This document shows, piece after piece, positions 24,627-38,290 of a stretch of 64,000 nucleotides of DNA (position 1 is its first letter; each line of letters opens with the position of its first letter). Position numbers and translations under genes: made by a program. The notes beneath the pieces were generated by a model. The model was not told the origin of the DNA, did not search any database, and worked only from the letters and a program-made list of their open reading frames with translations. The stretch lies in NCBI GenBank assembly GCA_010093705.1, contig MU006094.1, positions 781,550 through 845,549 of the forward strand, in the 5' to 3' direction. The DNA comes from Patellaria atrata CBS 101060 (Eukaryota).

Positions 24627-26466
24627 CTAATAAACTGACCGATGAATGCCTTTGCTCATCGGATGCTTCGTCTTATGCCTGTTCTTATGTTGTTCCCCTG
24701 CACTTGCCTGCTCCTTTTCAATGCTGACTGTCCCTGGTTGCCAGGCCAATATATCTGTCAAATCAGTGTCCATCACCGTCTCGGTGACACTTCAGATGTC
24801 GGAGATAAGTCGATCCAGCAAGTCCATGCTCATTACTCTCACGTACTTCATCCCTTAGAATCTCAGTCTTATCTTCGTTCGGAGGTAAAGCGTAGCCTAT
24901 GAATCTCTGTCAGCATATTCGATAAGTATACAAGGTGTGATAATTACATACTTGGTACGATGTATTGCCTTGCACGTAAGAGATTGTTGATAGAGACTTG
25001 TTTGACATGCGGACACTTCCTTCTAAAATCCTTCGAAAGGTAAAATGTAACGACCGGCAAGGCAGCATTGTAATCTGCACTAGTTGATCCTTCGTACTGC
25101 TCTCTGCCCTTAACGTAATTGTGGTCCCCCTTTTTGCGGTGAATATCGCTAATGCATTCGTACCATCCTGTGGTCTCCAGGGATCGACTCAATAGTCTAG
25201 CATTCGCTAACGCATTCTCCATGATAATCCGATAGCCAGTGAAACCTAAGTGTATCAGGTTAAAGTATTGTGCAATGACATGTGCTCCCGGGCGAGAGAA
25301 GTTCAACGTGTAAGACTGTTCTGTTCCCCCTGGGTAATGAAGCTCGAAAATCAAGTGTTTGGGAAGGTATGACTCGTCCCGCCAGATAATCTAGCTCACG
25401 CCAGCGTACACAATGCCGAATTTGTGTCAACTTGCGTTGATGGATTTGACTCTTGGAAGTTCGATGTTCCATTTAGAGCCTCCCGCTTTAGCATGCGTGA
25501 ATGGCGCAATAAAGCCTCCAGAGGCCGCGTCAACGTGTATTGGAATATCGACACCTGTCCTTTTCTCGTACGCGTCCAGGATCTTGGATATCTCTTCCAC
25601 TGGTTTGAAATGACCTGTATACGTGAAGCCAAGAATTACAAAGACTCCAATGGTATTTTTATCGATTTTGTCTCTGACCAGATCCGGATCCAGTTGATAG
25701 TGGCTTTCGGCACTTACAGGGAGTAAACGAGCCTCTACTTCAAAGTACCTAGCAAACTTTTCGAGCGTTACCTGAGCATTCGCGCCCATAATGATGTTGG
25801 GCTTGGACTTGTCTTTCCCTTCAGCGTCTCGCTTTTCCTGCCAACGGCGCTTCATTGCTAAGCCGCCCAAATGAACGGCTTCTAAAGAGCCAGTTGTATC
25901 ACTACCGATGGCTGTTTCACCTTTCTGCACCCCCCATAAGTGAACCAGAATGGAAATACATCGAGCATGAATATTCGTCATCGCGGGATATTCATCAGCA
26001 TCAGCCATATTTTTAGAGATGTTTTCCATCAGCAGCTGTTCAGCTTCATGTTCCATGTAAGTTCCGACAAAGCTCCACTGGATAGTCAGTACCGACTCTT
26101 AGCGATTTCATGTGAAGGCGATTACCTTACCTGGATAAGTTGAGATTAGGACTTCCGTCCAAATCCAATTCATCTTTCACCAATTGATGGACCGCTTCAG
26201 CGGGCGCTCCATCGTGCGGTATCCGGAATTTGGAGAGCTCGCTCGCACTGGCATATCTGCTAGAGTAAGGAGTACTGTGCGAAATTGCTTGGTTTGTACA
26301 GGCCCGATGGCGTTGGCCGGGTGAACTTGCTCCCAGTCAGCCTTGATCTATTTCCAGAATGCTCTTTCTTTCTTTCTTTTTTTTTTTTTGTTTTTGGTTG
26401 ATGGACTCACTCACTCAACTTCTTCATAAGTCCGTCAGGGTCAACATGTCGCGCTAGGCCTGCCAT
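24627..26466 (-). pseudogene. GAD1: Glutamate decarboxylase pseudogene
   Basis: Full-length four-exon GAD homolog (MAGLARHVDPD.., DADEYPA, IHVDAASGGFIAPF). The PLP motif reads SINAS*HKFGIVYAGVS*IIWRD (TGA 25429-25427, TAG 25393-25391). There is a 1-nt insertion near 24834 and a TGA at 24794-24792. Confidence 0.92.
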
Positions 26467-26814
26467 TGTGCTGTTCTCAAAGCCCTGATTGTAATCAAAT
26501 GTCTGATTAGAGCTGTAGTTTCAGGTTCGAAATTCAACTCGAACTGATGTGGATATAGTTTTATAATTCAAAAGCATTACAGCGACCTGACGTAACTATA
26601 GCGAACTTGCCCAATGCTTGTTTGTATGACCATAACTCATCATATAATGTTGTATGTAATCAAACTTGTGGACGAGGCCTCAGGAAGTATAGCTCTGTGG
26701 CAGCTGTGGAGACGATAAAATTTAGGGAGCCACACTTTTTTCCAGTTGCGAGGAAAATAGTGTTTTAAAAAAAGCTTCCTTTGAGATCTGCAACACCATG
26801 ATCGGACCAACATA

Positions 26815-26984
26815 CAGCACTCGATTTTCTACGGTCGTTAGCGTTCCCGTCTAATCACGTCTTCATTTTAGAATTAAGCCAATCCGGTATCAAAAAAAGA
26901 ACGCTCTGGATGAATAACTAGCTGTAATTTTGCGCTGAACTGTGCCTGTAGGATGCACTAACGACCGTAGAAAATCGGGTGCTG
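26815..26984. mobile_element. 170-bp MITE with 27-bp terminal inverted repeats and TA target-site duplication (Tc1/mariner-pogo type)
   Basis: TA|CAGCACTCGATTTTCTACGGTCGTTAG (26815-26841) and CTAACGACCGTAGAAAATCGGGTGCTG|TA (26958-26984) form a 26/27 inverted match around a non-coding interior. Confidence 0.85.
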
Positions 26985-27102
26985 TAAATATCCACATTCG
27001 ACGAACTGTTCGCGCCGCAGAGCGATATGATTCTATTCCCTTATTCTAAGCGGAGGGAGAATTAAGCTTACTCGCAATGGAATGGAGCTAACGCGTAGAA
27101 CT

Positions 27103-27144
27103 TCACGTGATTAAATTAATATCATGTGATATAAACTCACGTGA
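27103..27144. promoter_or_regulatory. Cluster of three E-box-like bHLH sites upstream of the fasciclin gene
   Basis: TCACGTGA at 27103, ATCATGTGAT at 27121 and TCACGTGA at 27137, separated by AT-rich spacers. Confidence 0.5.
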
Positions 27145-27565
27145 AAACGGGCTTTAATGCCAGTCCCCACCTTCGGATGTCGGAGCTTCTTCGTCAGCCG
27201 GTGGATCGTCATTGTCTTCCAGGTATTCCCCCAGACTCAGTGCTGTGACCGCGTCAGCTTGAAAGCCTAATGAAGATAAAGAGACTGCCTAACTCCTAAC
27301 AGCTTTCACAGATTCATATTCGGAGTTGGATTCAGATTTGATCTGTCCTGTACAATTCTATCACATCCTGTATTTCCAACGTTCATAGACTTCACCCCTC
27401 TTGCTCTAAGAGTTTGCGGTTCATCTGATTTGCTGATCTAGGAGTGACGCCCAGAATAGCATCGTCATTGACTTGTTGCATTTCATGATCACCTTACTTT
27501 TGTATAATTGATCCATTGAACTCCATCTTCTATCAACGATTTACTTGCTCAATCAGATAGCAAAC

Positions 27566-29066
27566 ATGAGAGTTCTTCACCTCGTTTCCCTGGCCCGCAT
27601 AGGCGTGGCGTTCGTGATCCCAGATGAGGAAATTCTCAGAGACGTAGCAATCGAATCCCACCATCAAGTCAACTCAGTCTCCGAACAGGTGCCTTGTGAA
27701 GGAAAGATATCCAAAGATCTTCAAGATGCATTCCACAGTGTTAAGCAAGGCTCCACCGACATTATAGATGATGCTCTCAGCATGGCATCGGATGCCAACG
27801 ATGCTACGTCCAAAAGCGTATATGAAATGGGCTTCGATGTCGACTCGTGGCTTCAAAGTTCCCATGAACATATGGAGGTAGAGACGGACGAACAAGATCA
27901 TCCTCCTCATCATAAGCCGCACCATCCGCCACATCACAAACCAAATATGACGGTATACGAACTTATCTCGAAGAGCAAATATACCACGAAACTGGCTAAA
28001 CTCATTGACGAGTTCCCGGATCTCGTCGAAACATTGAATGGAACTGCTGCCAATTATACAGTTTTTGCTCCTACCGATGCGGCTTTTGAGAAAATTCCGG
28101 AGCATGCTCCAAAACCGAGTAAGGAGCTTTTGAAAGCAGTGCTGTCCTACCATGTCTCTCCAGCGTTTTATCCAGCTGGACGGGTTCTATGGACATATAC
28201 AATTCCCACCTTGTACAACGAGTCGGATCTGGCGGAAGAACCAGTACCCCAACGTCTTAGTATAAGTTTTGGTCTGGGTGGCCTCAAGGTCAACTTCTAT
28301 AGCAAAATCATGGCTGTCAATATCGTAAGAAACTTAGGCAATCTTATGGTACCTTTACTGATTTCTTTTAGTTTGGAACCAATGGTGTTATCCATGGTGT
28401 TGACCATATTATCGTTCCTCCCCCGGATACACTTACTATTCTGTCCTTCTTCCCTGGCGAATTCAGTACTTTGGAACTTGGTCTGACCAAAACCGGTCTT
28501 CTTGATACTTTGAATACGACTGCTCACACCGGGGGCACTTTTTTTGCACCCTCAAATTTTGCGTTCAAAAAACTTGGACCAAGGATCAACGGATTCCTTT
28601 TCAGCAAGTGGGGTGAGAAATATCTAAAAGGATTGCTCAAATACCACATCGTTCACAACCAGACTCTGTATTCAGACGCCTTTTATACGGTTGATACCAC
28701 AGAAGCCGAAGTCACTCGTCCACCATATGTCCATGTGAGTATGAGGTGCGTTATCTATTGTTTCATTATCCGCTAATCTTAGAAAAGCTTGACCTTCCTA
28801 CACTCCTCGAGGATCATTCTCTTGCCATTGACCTTCTTCGCCGTGGACCTTTCATCACTATAAAGATCAATGGATTCAGTACTGTCACCGTCCATGATGG
28901 TGTTGCGAAAGACGGTGTTATCCAAGTCGTGAGCAACGTGTTGGTGCCGCCTAAGAAGCTTTCTGGTTCCTCCGAGCCTCAGTTTTGGACTGGTGAGGAG
29001 ATGACGGTTGAAGAGTTCAAAGCCCGTCTTGAACCGTTTGTGTCGGATGAAAGCTTCGAATTGTAA
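27566..29066 (+). CDS. Secreted fasciclin (FAS1) domain protein with two FAS1 domains
   Basis: Exons 27566-28324, 28372-28734 and 28788-29066. Signal-peptide-like N-terminus, YTVFAPTDAAF / GTNGVIHGVD and TFFAPSNFAF / AKDGVIQVVSNVL motifs, and a His/Pro linker. Confidence 0.92.
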
Positions 29067-30077
29067 GGGTTCGCCAAAACGGCCTAACCTGAGTATGGCA
29101 TATTGCTACTGAAGGAAATGCTTGAAAACTAAAGTTAAGGATGACTGTGAGGTGACAACATTAAGTGAAACCAGTACTATAAAATATAATCGAGCACAAT
29201 ACATTAGGAAACGGAATGGATACAACATTACTCATATGAAAGTACTTCTCCTTTGAAGATTTCAAGCGCCTACTCATACAGTACAGTAGATCTCCGAGAG
29301 TGAAACTTTGATACATTCTATTCATCTACCATGATAAGTAGTAGTAGTCTGGTAGGTGAGTAAGAAAAATGAAGTATATACTCGTTTAGCTGCCAAGGGA
29401 GTATGTAGTAGGCGGACGATGTCGGATGAAGACATTCGAGTGACTTTGGTAGATTGCAAGACGCGCCGGCATCGGCGGCACGAACCGTCGCACCGACTAT
29501 CTGCGTGTTTACCTTATTCCCTTGTCCTTACTTGACCAGTAGTCTGTAGGAATATAGCAAGTGTGCATCCGTGAAGGTGATGATGTTGATATTGAAAATG
29601 GCAATATTGAAGATCTTTCAGGCAGATGCGATTAGGATGACGGAATTTCGTCAGTGGTTCATCGCGTGATGCTCTTTGAGTGAAAAGCAAAAGTACGCGA
29701 TGGTTTTAGATGGGAAAGACAAAGGAAAAAGTAGCTCATGATGATCGCCTAGGCCCTAGAACTACGTAACACTAGCTCGTATGAGGTTAAAATTCCGTAC
29801 CTCACGCTCTACTTCACGGGCGCTATCGTATTATAGTTCCTTAGGTTTCTGTACTCTAAAGTATACTCTCATCGAATTACGGGGTTTCTTTCCAGCAACT
29901 CTTACCTTAAGAATCATCCCTCCATATATTCACGCATTGAAATTGAGCCCTCCCACTCTCACTACCTCCATCTCCTGCATGGCTGGAGGACGCACTTTTA
30001 TTCCTAACACGGACGTAGTCTTCAAAGAAGACAATATAACTGACGCCCCAGCACCTTGAAGACTTCCTCCTAAGACA

Positions 30078-31870
30078 ATGGCTCGTACAGCGAAACCAGA
30101 GATACAACCAAGGCGAAAGTCTTCGGCACTCCACTACCAAACGTTTCCAACGCAGCCACCGACATCCCGAGGTCGCCCGCCGACTTCATCTTACAATTCC
30201 TACGCCGCCCACAGCGCCCATGAGTCCAGTTCTCCTTCGCACCATGAGTCTCCGTTACCGAAAAAGCAGCTTGGGATATTAGCAGTCATAGCTTTGGCAG
30301 AACAGACGGCGCTCAACTCAATAAGTCCTTACTTGCCAGACATGGCATCAACGTTTCCAGAGGTGGAATCTACTCAGGTCGGTCTATATGTCGGTTTGAT
30401 AGCGTCTTCTTTCGCGCTCGCTCAATTTGCGACAAACTTCTTCTGGGGCTGGCTTTCAGACCGGATAGGGAGGAAACCTGTGATTTTGATAGGGACTTTC
30501 TCAACAGCAGTATGCTTTGTCCTCTTCGGCTTCTGCAGAACGCTTTGGCAAGCAATCATAGTACAAGCATTGATGGGTTTAGTGAATGGAAATCAGGGCG
30601 TCGTTTCCACCTGTCTAGGGGAGATCACAGACCGAAGTAACCAATCTAGAGCCTTCACATACTTACCGGTCGTATATGGGATTGGTGGGATATTGGGTCC
30701 TGTTTTAGGGGGAATATTGGTCTTCAAGGAGTGGAATGGGATCTCAAATCCGTACCCATACCTAGCGCCCAACCTCCTCTCCGCCGTGATTCTCCTGATT
30801 GATCTGATCTTGACGATGATCTTTCTCGAGGAGAGCTTGGAGGAAGTCAGCCATTTGCCACCTCTAGGGAAGCGAATCACAAGTCTCTTCTCATGGATCT
30901 GGCAGTTCGCTAGCTCTACCAGGCCATCCTATCTTCACGAACGCCGTGCGAATCATTACCATCTTCACTTCGGACACAATGAAGACGGAGATAGTGAAGA
31001 ATCGGATGGTGAATCACGCGCATCCGTTCCAGCCCTCTTCCCAGACGTATCAACGGAGAGTCTGTCAAGGAAAGATGTTTTCACAAGAGATACGATACTT
31101 CTTCTTGTTACATTCCTAGTCTTTCAACTAGCTAATATTTCCTATAATTCGTTATATCCGATCTTTGGCCAAGCCAAGCCACCAACTGGCCGTGACTTGT
31201 CCCCTGAGGAGATTGGTTTGTCCCTTGGATTTGCAGGTTTAATGACAATAATTTTCCAGGTTGGAATATACGGCAGGTTGAGAGACAAGATAGGGAATAA
31301 GCTTACCTACAGGATAAGTTTGGGTGCATTTGTAGTTGCATTCATATTGATGCCATGGGTTGGATACAAAGATTCTAAACATTTAGGGATCGGTCAGGGC
31401 AAAGTCTGGATATGGATCGAGCTCGGAATCGTTCTCATAATCAAAACCATCGCTGCTGTTGGTGGTCTGACGTCCGCATTATTACTGGTATGAACCATGA
31501 AGTAGTTTTCGAACTTAGTATTACTGACAAATATATACAGATCACAAATTCGGCGCCGAACCATTCTGTTCTCGGGACTCTCAATGGCCTTGCGCAAACT
31601 CTTTCCGCAGCTGGCCGTGCTGCTGGGCCCTTCATTTCCGGGGCGTTGTTCTCGGCTTCTACTCATGTGAAACCTAAAGGGGAAGCCCTAGCGTTCGGTA
31701 TATTTGGAGGTATTTCCTTCATAGGTTTGCTATTAAGTTTCGGAATTCGGGGAGAAAACCTCGAAGCTGAAGGCTTTGATGAAGAGGAGGGTGAAGAAAG
31801 TGACGACGATGAAGATGAAGAAGATAATGATAATGGAAATGAAGAGCAACAAACACTTTTGAGAAAGTGA
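30078..31870 (+). CDS. Major facilitator superfamily transporter (DHA1/ZIFL-like)
   Basis: Exons 30078-31487 and 31541-31870. MFS motif A WGWLSDRIGRKP, multiple hydrophobic helices and an acidic tail. Confidence 0.93.
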
Positions 31871-32967
31871 CCAACATAATATCCCTTTTTGGGGGGCGAT
31901 TTAGCATCACGCTCCGCTTCAGGACAGTTACTTGGAACGGAAGTGTCATAATGATAGGATTCAGTGACTCGAAATTAGGCTAGCAGGTACAAATATGTTT
32001 TAGAGCTATCGGATTTCCCTTCGATGCAGAAGGCGGAGAGTAAATGTTCTTGTATACAATATACTGTTGAGAGCCTGTGATCGGACACTAGCGTAGAAAT
32101 CTTTCTGCCAAATACACATGCTCCCACGCTCCGTCTTTTTATCTCTGATCCAGACGGAATGATTATACTTAGGTGCAATCCTCCACGCCATAGGACTCTT
32201 TGTTCTCCTGTAGCTACAGCGCTCTGATTGATCACTTACCTAAACCGGATTTAGACACTGATGCAGTATCTACCGTAGATGGTGTGACTAGAACACGACT
32301 CTGGCATGATGTGTTCTCATGCTCAGATGTATAGTACTGGCTAAGAGGCGTTGAGAATATTGTGCAATGCTACCTAGGACCTTGTACGGAGTGATGTAGG
32401 CTTAATGATACTCCTGTCAGTTGTAAGGGTGCTGAACAGTGTAGATAATCGCTTGGTTTCTATCTGGTTTCGAAAGTTACCACTCTATATACTCAAGAGC
32501 TATAGAGAACGCGTATCCGGATCTCAATATAGTTAATAGTCGTTGAGGTATATGTTGAGACAGTAGAGCTGTTGAGGACGGATACAGATGCTGAAATCAG
32601 ATAATAGTTAAGCTAGGTCAGATCCACTAAGGTTAAGGGACCCATGCTCTAACGGCATGCGTGTCCAGAAATCCCGATGGTAACTCAAACTGTGACGTGT
32701 TTGCAACCGTAGGTATGAACTTCTTCCCGATATTCGATACGATAATGCTAACCTACCCTTCTTCTGATTTTCTATCAAGCTCTAATTCCAGTCGAGACCC
32801 CTTTCTAAATCATTTCATACCGAGAGTATTTATAGATACCCGTCTACTTCAGTTAAACCAAACAATTAGAATATTTCCAAGCTTATTCACACTGTCCACC
32901 TTAACTCGGGATACGTCCTTACATTTGCTTCTTAGCTGTTATAAGTCATACTTCAGATTGATTAACC

Positions 32968-33690
32968 ATGCCTTCGATCACTGTTCAAACTGCTCAAGCA
33001 GCGGTCTTAAGTGCAACCTCCAATATCCTCGCGCAAGCTCTTACAGCATATCGAGAAAATGTGAAGATTCCCCACTGCAAATTTCACGAGCCTACTTCCT
33101 CCTCTTAAGAGATTCCGTTGTGCTGAACATCTTCCAGAAAACATTCCAGCTAGCCCTTGAACCTATCTACAAATTTGTACTTTTCACGATCCTCAACACA
33201 CCGATCAACATTCTATGGCAGCGCTATCTCGAAGAGACGTTCCCTGGCTCTAAACCCGCAAGCTCGACTCCACCCGCCCAGACGAAAGAGGTAGGAGAGA
33301 AAGATGCATACAAGAACAAAGCGGTTGCTTCCAAGGATGTAGCAAGTAAAAGAAATATCGCTACCAAATTCCTACTTGATCAGACCATCGGCGCGGCGTT
33401 TAATACGGCATTATTCTTTATAGGAATGGGTCTGTTGAATGGTAATACCTGGGAGCAGTGCATATCTACGATGAAGAGGGTGGGACACTCATGCTTCCCG
33501 TGTCACTGCCGATGATGCTGACGTATATTTCTACGCGTAGGATTCCTTCAGCCTTTACGTCGCAGGCGCCAAGATTTGGCCGGCTGTCAGTTTAATAAGC
33601 TTCATCTTCATTCCGGTCGAACGACGAGTACTCTTCGCGAGCATTATTGGTGTGGGATGGGGAGTGTATCTCAGCTTGCTTGCTGCGTGA
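32968..33690 (+). CDS. Mpv17/PMP22-family membrane protein
   Basis: Exons 32968-33060, 33138-33479 and 33541-33690. Motifs SNILAQ, KFLLDQTIGA and KIWPAVSLISFIFIPVERRVLF..WGVYLSL. Confidence 0.9.
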
Positions 33691-35339
33691 ACCTCCAGGC
33701 CCGAAGACTACAGTATTGGTAGATTTGGTGGGATTCTAGATACTAGATGGGATATATCAGCTACAGGACTGCTAGCAGGTGCGAATAGCGGGGTGAGTCT
33801 ACGACTATAACTAAGAATCAATGAGCTTGTTAGAGGTTCAATAAGCTTGGATGATATTGGGACGATTTATTAGAAGGTTTGATTTATACCCACAGTAAAT
33901 TGGTATCTTGAACGGTTTATAGACTTCCAGATATGGGTCCTTTAAATGCTCCACGTTCACTTTTGAAATGGGGACGCTAGTTGACGGTCTCTACAGCATG
34001 TAGTTTCCTATCAAGCGATGTTTTCGGCATTCAGCATCTTCCCCGAGGAATCCCAAAGGCGTTGTCATTGACTGGACAACAAGTGGATTCAACATCAATA
34101 CTCAATCACTTGGACGTTTTCCTAAACCATACCGTACAGCACAGAGTCTCTGGCTCGTGCCTGAATCTGCCTCCTACTATCCTGATAGAGGCGCATCCGC
34201 CGTAACTATAGTTATTTAGATCCGCCACAGGATCCACATCAAGTAACACGTTAATAGATCAGTGAAAGGGCAGACAAAGTAACTACCAACAAAGGTGAAA
34301 GAGAATTGAGACTGAGTTTATACAGTCAACTGAAAACCATGAAACTGGAAGTAACCTACCATCATTATGAAATATACAGGACCGTTTAAGGTACTACTAC
34401 TTTGCTCTTATTCTTACAGAATAATCCCAGTTGAGACCTTCCCTAAAATAGAAAGGGCCGACTCGTATACGCAAGCTGACTAAGGAAATGGAACGCTTTC
34501 CGCCGCTCGGGTATTAGTACCCGTCACACTCCCGAGGTCAATATCAACGGTGGGTAACCGTGGAGACGGAAGTCAATTGTACGGTCCATCAAATAATCTA
34601 CTATGAAGTTGGGAATTTTGTGACATCTTATGTTGCTAATAGTACTGAAGTTTCTTGCGAGTGATTAGCAGTACTGGTTTGTTAAGATGACTCTTCAGGG
34701 GCTTTAGAAGATAGAACAGTGGTGATGATAAATAAAGAGCAAGGAATCAAATTGAAGAAACTTCGGAATAAATCTACGCTCGAACCTGACCACTTCAAGG
34801 TTCAGATCCTTCTCTCTCTCTCTAAATCATACGAACCCTTTCTTCATGCACACCGGAAGATGTAGTATTTTGTAAACTTGACTCGCAACGCTAAGATAAG
34901 GTTCGCGGAATGAGTTACGTCGATTATAGCGTGTTTGGGTGCTCCCGGCATCAAACTGTTTTCAGCCACATTATTTCTGACAATTGGTCTGGCAAGTAGC
35001 GGACAATTAGAATAATAAAGACTCGGAACTGGAGGCGATATATGCATATCGTTAGTACACAGTAGTGTTGGGCTCCCTCCAGTATGCATTGCGGCCACCT
35101 CGTAGATCTCAAGGTACCTCCAAGAAACTCTATTATCGTCCTGCCCAGCGTTATGACTCTCGTCTCATCCCTTTCAACTGCATCTTTTTCTTTAAGATGG
35201 CTCAGGACGCATCATGCATCATTCATACGTCCTGTTTATTTATCTTTAATGATCTCTTGAACCAAAAATATTCCATAGCCTTGGTATACGGAAATTTGGT
35301 CCATTAGGGGACGGTATACCAATCCGGCATCGTGCTAAG

Positions 35340-36798
35340 ATGGCCACTCCAACACCGGAAGACATCGCCGGCTGGCCCGAGCCAAACTATGATAATCCGG
35401 AAACTCGAGCGGCATTAGTGGTTGGCGTTCACATTGGAACTACAATTGTGATGGTAATCTTTCTGAGTGTTCGACTCTATACGAAAAGTTTCCTCAAGAA
35501 TGCTACGGGAGCAGACGACTATGTGATGGCCATTGCGGGGGTTTGTGATTTTAGTATAGTCTACTTTGAATATCTTTCTGATCGTCAATTAGGTAACGGC
35601 TCTGGCAATGGGTGTTATTGGAGCGTTAAGCACTAAATACGGTGGAGGCCATCATATCTGGGATCTGAAGGATGAATGGGCCACTCCATATGGAAAGGTA
35701 TGAACTTCGAAGCATTTTATATGAACTACCCTTATATGTAGTTAAACTTTGTGATCGTTCATCTAACCTTCCACAGCTGTCCCTTGCAGAAGACACCCTT
35801 TTTCCTACTTGTGTCAGTCTTACAAAAATCTCCATATGCATCACCTATCTGCGACTTTTCCCATCAAGGTCGAACAGAATCTTCTGCTGGACTTGCATCG
35901 TATATCTCACCTTATGGATGATAAGCGTTTCCATCATGAATATCCTACAGTGCATGTAAGCCATATTTCATCTCAACACTTCCCTGAGTTAGCGTTAACT
36001 TCCCAATTGTACAGACCTATCAAAGGTATGTATGATCCTTCAGTAACCGAGAAGAAGTGTATCGATTACAAATCCGCTTTACTGTCAACTGCCGCGCTCA
36101 ACAGTGTCAGTGATTTCATCGTTTATCTATGGCCAGCGAAACCACTTTGGCGGGTTCAGTTGCCCCTGAAACAGCGTATTGGACTCCTAGGGGTCTTTTG
36201 TATGGGATGCATGTAAGTCTTCATCGCCCCTTTTGTATCAAAGTCTTTTTCCATAAGAAGCTAATACCCCAAGAATAGAGTCTGTATTGCTGGCGTCTGC
36301 CGCATGTACTACCTGGAAGAGTACTTCAAGACCTACGACGGGCTCTACATCGGCGGAATCGTCTGGGTAACTCTTGCCATCGAATTCAATATCGGCATCG
36401 TAGCTGGCTGTCTCCCATCCGTGAAACCACTACTGAACAAGCTATTTCCTCGTTTCTTTCAATCTAGTAGTGGCGGGACCACACATCCTTCCAGAACAGC
36501 CAATCCGCACTCCCAGGGGTTTCCATTTCATTCGTTATCGGGTGGTACAAGGACGAATAAAGCCACCGCTCGCATTTCAGAAGGTGATCTTACGGGAACG
36601 CAGAGTTATGCTTGGGCTGTGGCTAAGAAGACGGGAGTTTTAGTCGAGGAAGATGAGATCCCTATGGGTGGAATTGCGGTCACGAGTAGTGTTACGGTTG
36701 ATCCAGGGACCAGACCTGGGAGTATCGCAAAACAGCCTGATAACAATAGTGAAGAGTGGATAATTCCCCCGCAAGCTGATCAAGGTCCTTCAAGATAA
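35340..36798 (+). CDS. Pth11-like (fungal rhodopsin-domain) integral membrane protein without a CFEM domain
   Basis: Exons 35340-35540, 35593-35697, 35777-35955, 36015-36212 and 36279-36798. Motifs WPEPNYDNPE, RLYTK..GADD, GHHIWD, KISICITYLRLF and IEFNIGIVAGCLPS. Confidence 0.9.
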
Positions 36799-38290
36799 TT
36801 CAGTATAAGATCAAAACCTTCCTACAACTTTGTATTATACCGGTGCTCATTGCCCATAAAGAAAAGTTATCGTTCGGTGTTGGGAGAACTTACATTTGTA
36901 GGACGCTTGTTTGGTACTATCTTTGGAAATATAGGGGACTCCTTCTATGTCTTCTTTCAAAAGTTGTACGGCTGTTTGATTGATACCCTTCAGTTTTCTT
37001 CATCATTTTTTGGGTAGTATAGTCTGAATTTGGCGTTTAGGTCGGCTCATAACCATTATACAGTTCTACATTTCATTTCTTGCCGACTACAAGGGGTTTT
37101 ATAGGCATTGTTTCGCGATTAATGTACTTATACATTCATTGACTTCCTGTCAATCACACTTTGACAGTTGTTAGTGATTTGAGATTTTGTCGTACATACA
37201 TCTACACGACCAGATACTAGACAGCCTTCCCATTCCTCTAGTTTGGGAAGAGGCACCCAGGACAGAGCTTCATTGTCCAGGAGTTCTTTTCTCTCGACGG
37301 GTCGATTTGTTTTCTATCGAAGTTCGTACGAAGTTTTGGTTGAAGGTTGTATACGGAGCAATGCTGAGGCTGATCGGTATCGGTTAATAAATGCGAGGTG
37401 GTGGCTGAGATGAGCTCTGACGTTCTCATTTTAGATTTCAGCCTCACACATCAACTGCAAGCATGAGTTCCGTGCGTCGGACGCACGTTTTTTCCTGGAA
37501 ATACAGATATCGTATTCCTTTCATCTTAACCAACTTGCATAATAAATACTTCTGATCAATCAAATTTCGTTATTTCAACACGTGTGAAATCTATGATAGC
37601 TAGTAAACAGTTTGCACGCTATAACTTATGCCTATCCTTTGTACCCTACTACCCCTATCTAGGTCTAGGATTCTACTACGGTACCCACGCTACCTAGAAC
37701 TAATAATAGCTCGATCTACTCCGTATGTGCAACTTATTCCCCTTTCCTTACTGATTCACTTCAACAGAGGTCCTCCATAGCTCCAGATATCTCAATCAGA
37801 CATCGCATAGTCCAACATGTACGGAGTACAGTACCTCGAGTCCCGGACGCTCAAAGTCTCAAAGTACCGTTGTGGCTGAGGATTCTTAATGCAGGCTAAG
37901 GAGAGCTTCATTCGATCGAGAACGAGGTACCATGCTTGTTTACTTGGAATTGGCAAAAAATTGTTGCTTAAATTTCTCAGCTGAAGCTTAAATACTTTGA
38001 AGCCCACAGGTTGTGCTAGACTCTAACCAAAAGAAACGCCTTATGAGTCTCCTCCCCGTTGTTGGACGGGAAGATCATGTACGGCATCTCCGTTGTAGTG
38101 GCTGGAGCTTTTAAGGCCATCCACTTAGTTTAAAAGTTATAATACTAGCCATTATCCTTATCGCGCGCTCTTCGTCTTCCATTTTTCTTTCGGCCTGTAC
38201 AGCGGTTCACAGGTTCTCATAGACCGTTTTCTTTTGTTATTCCTTTCTTGTTAATTCTAAGCTGCGATTGATTTATAGTAGCAGGTCGAC

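Noticed and set aside
25391..25429. Programmed readthrough or selenocysteine recoding of the GAD stops
   Set aside because: The stops replace conserved Gly and Trp and co-occur with a frameshift, a third stop and many damaging substitutions.
37471..37494. CGTGCGTC-G-GACGCACG palindrome plus T-run resembling a bacterial terminator
   Set aside because: Eukaryotic context, short and isolated; no supporting transcript feature.
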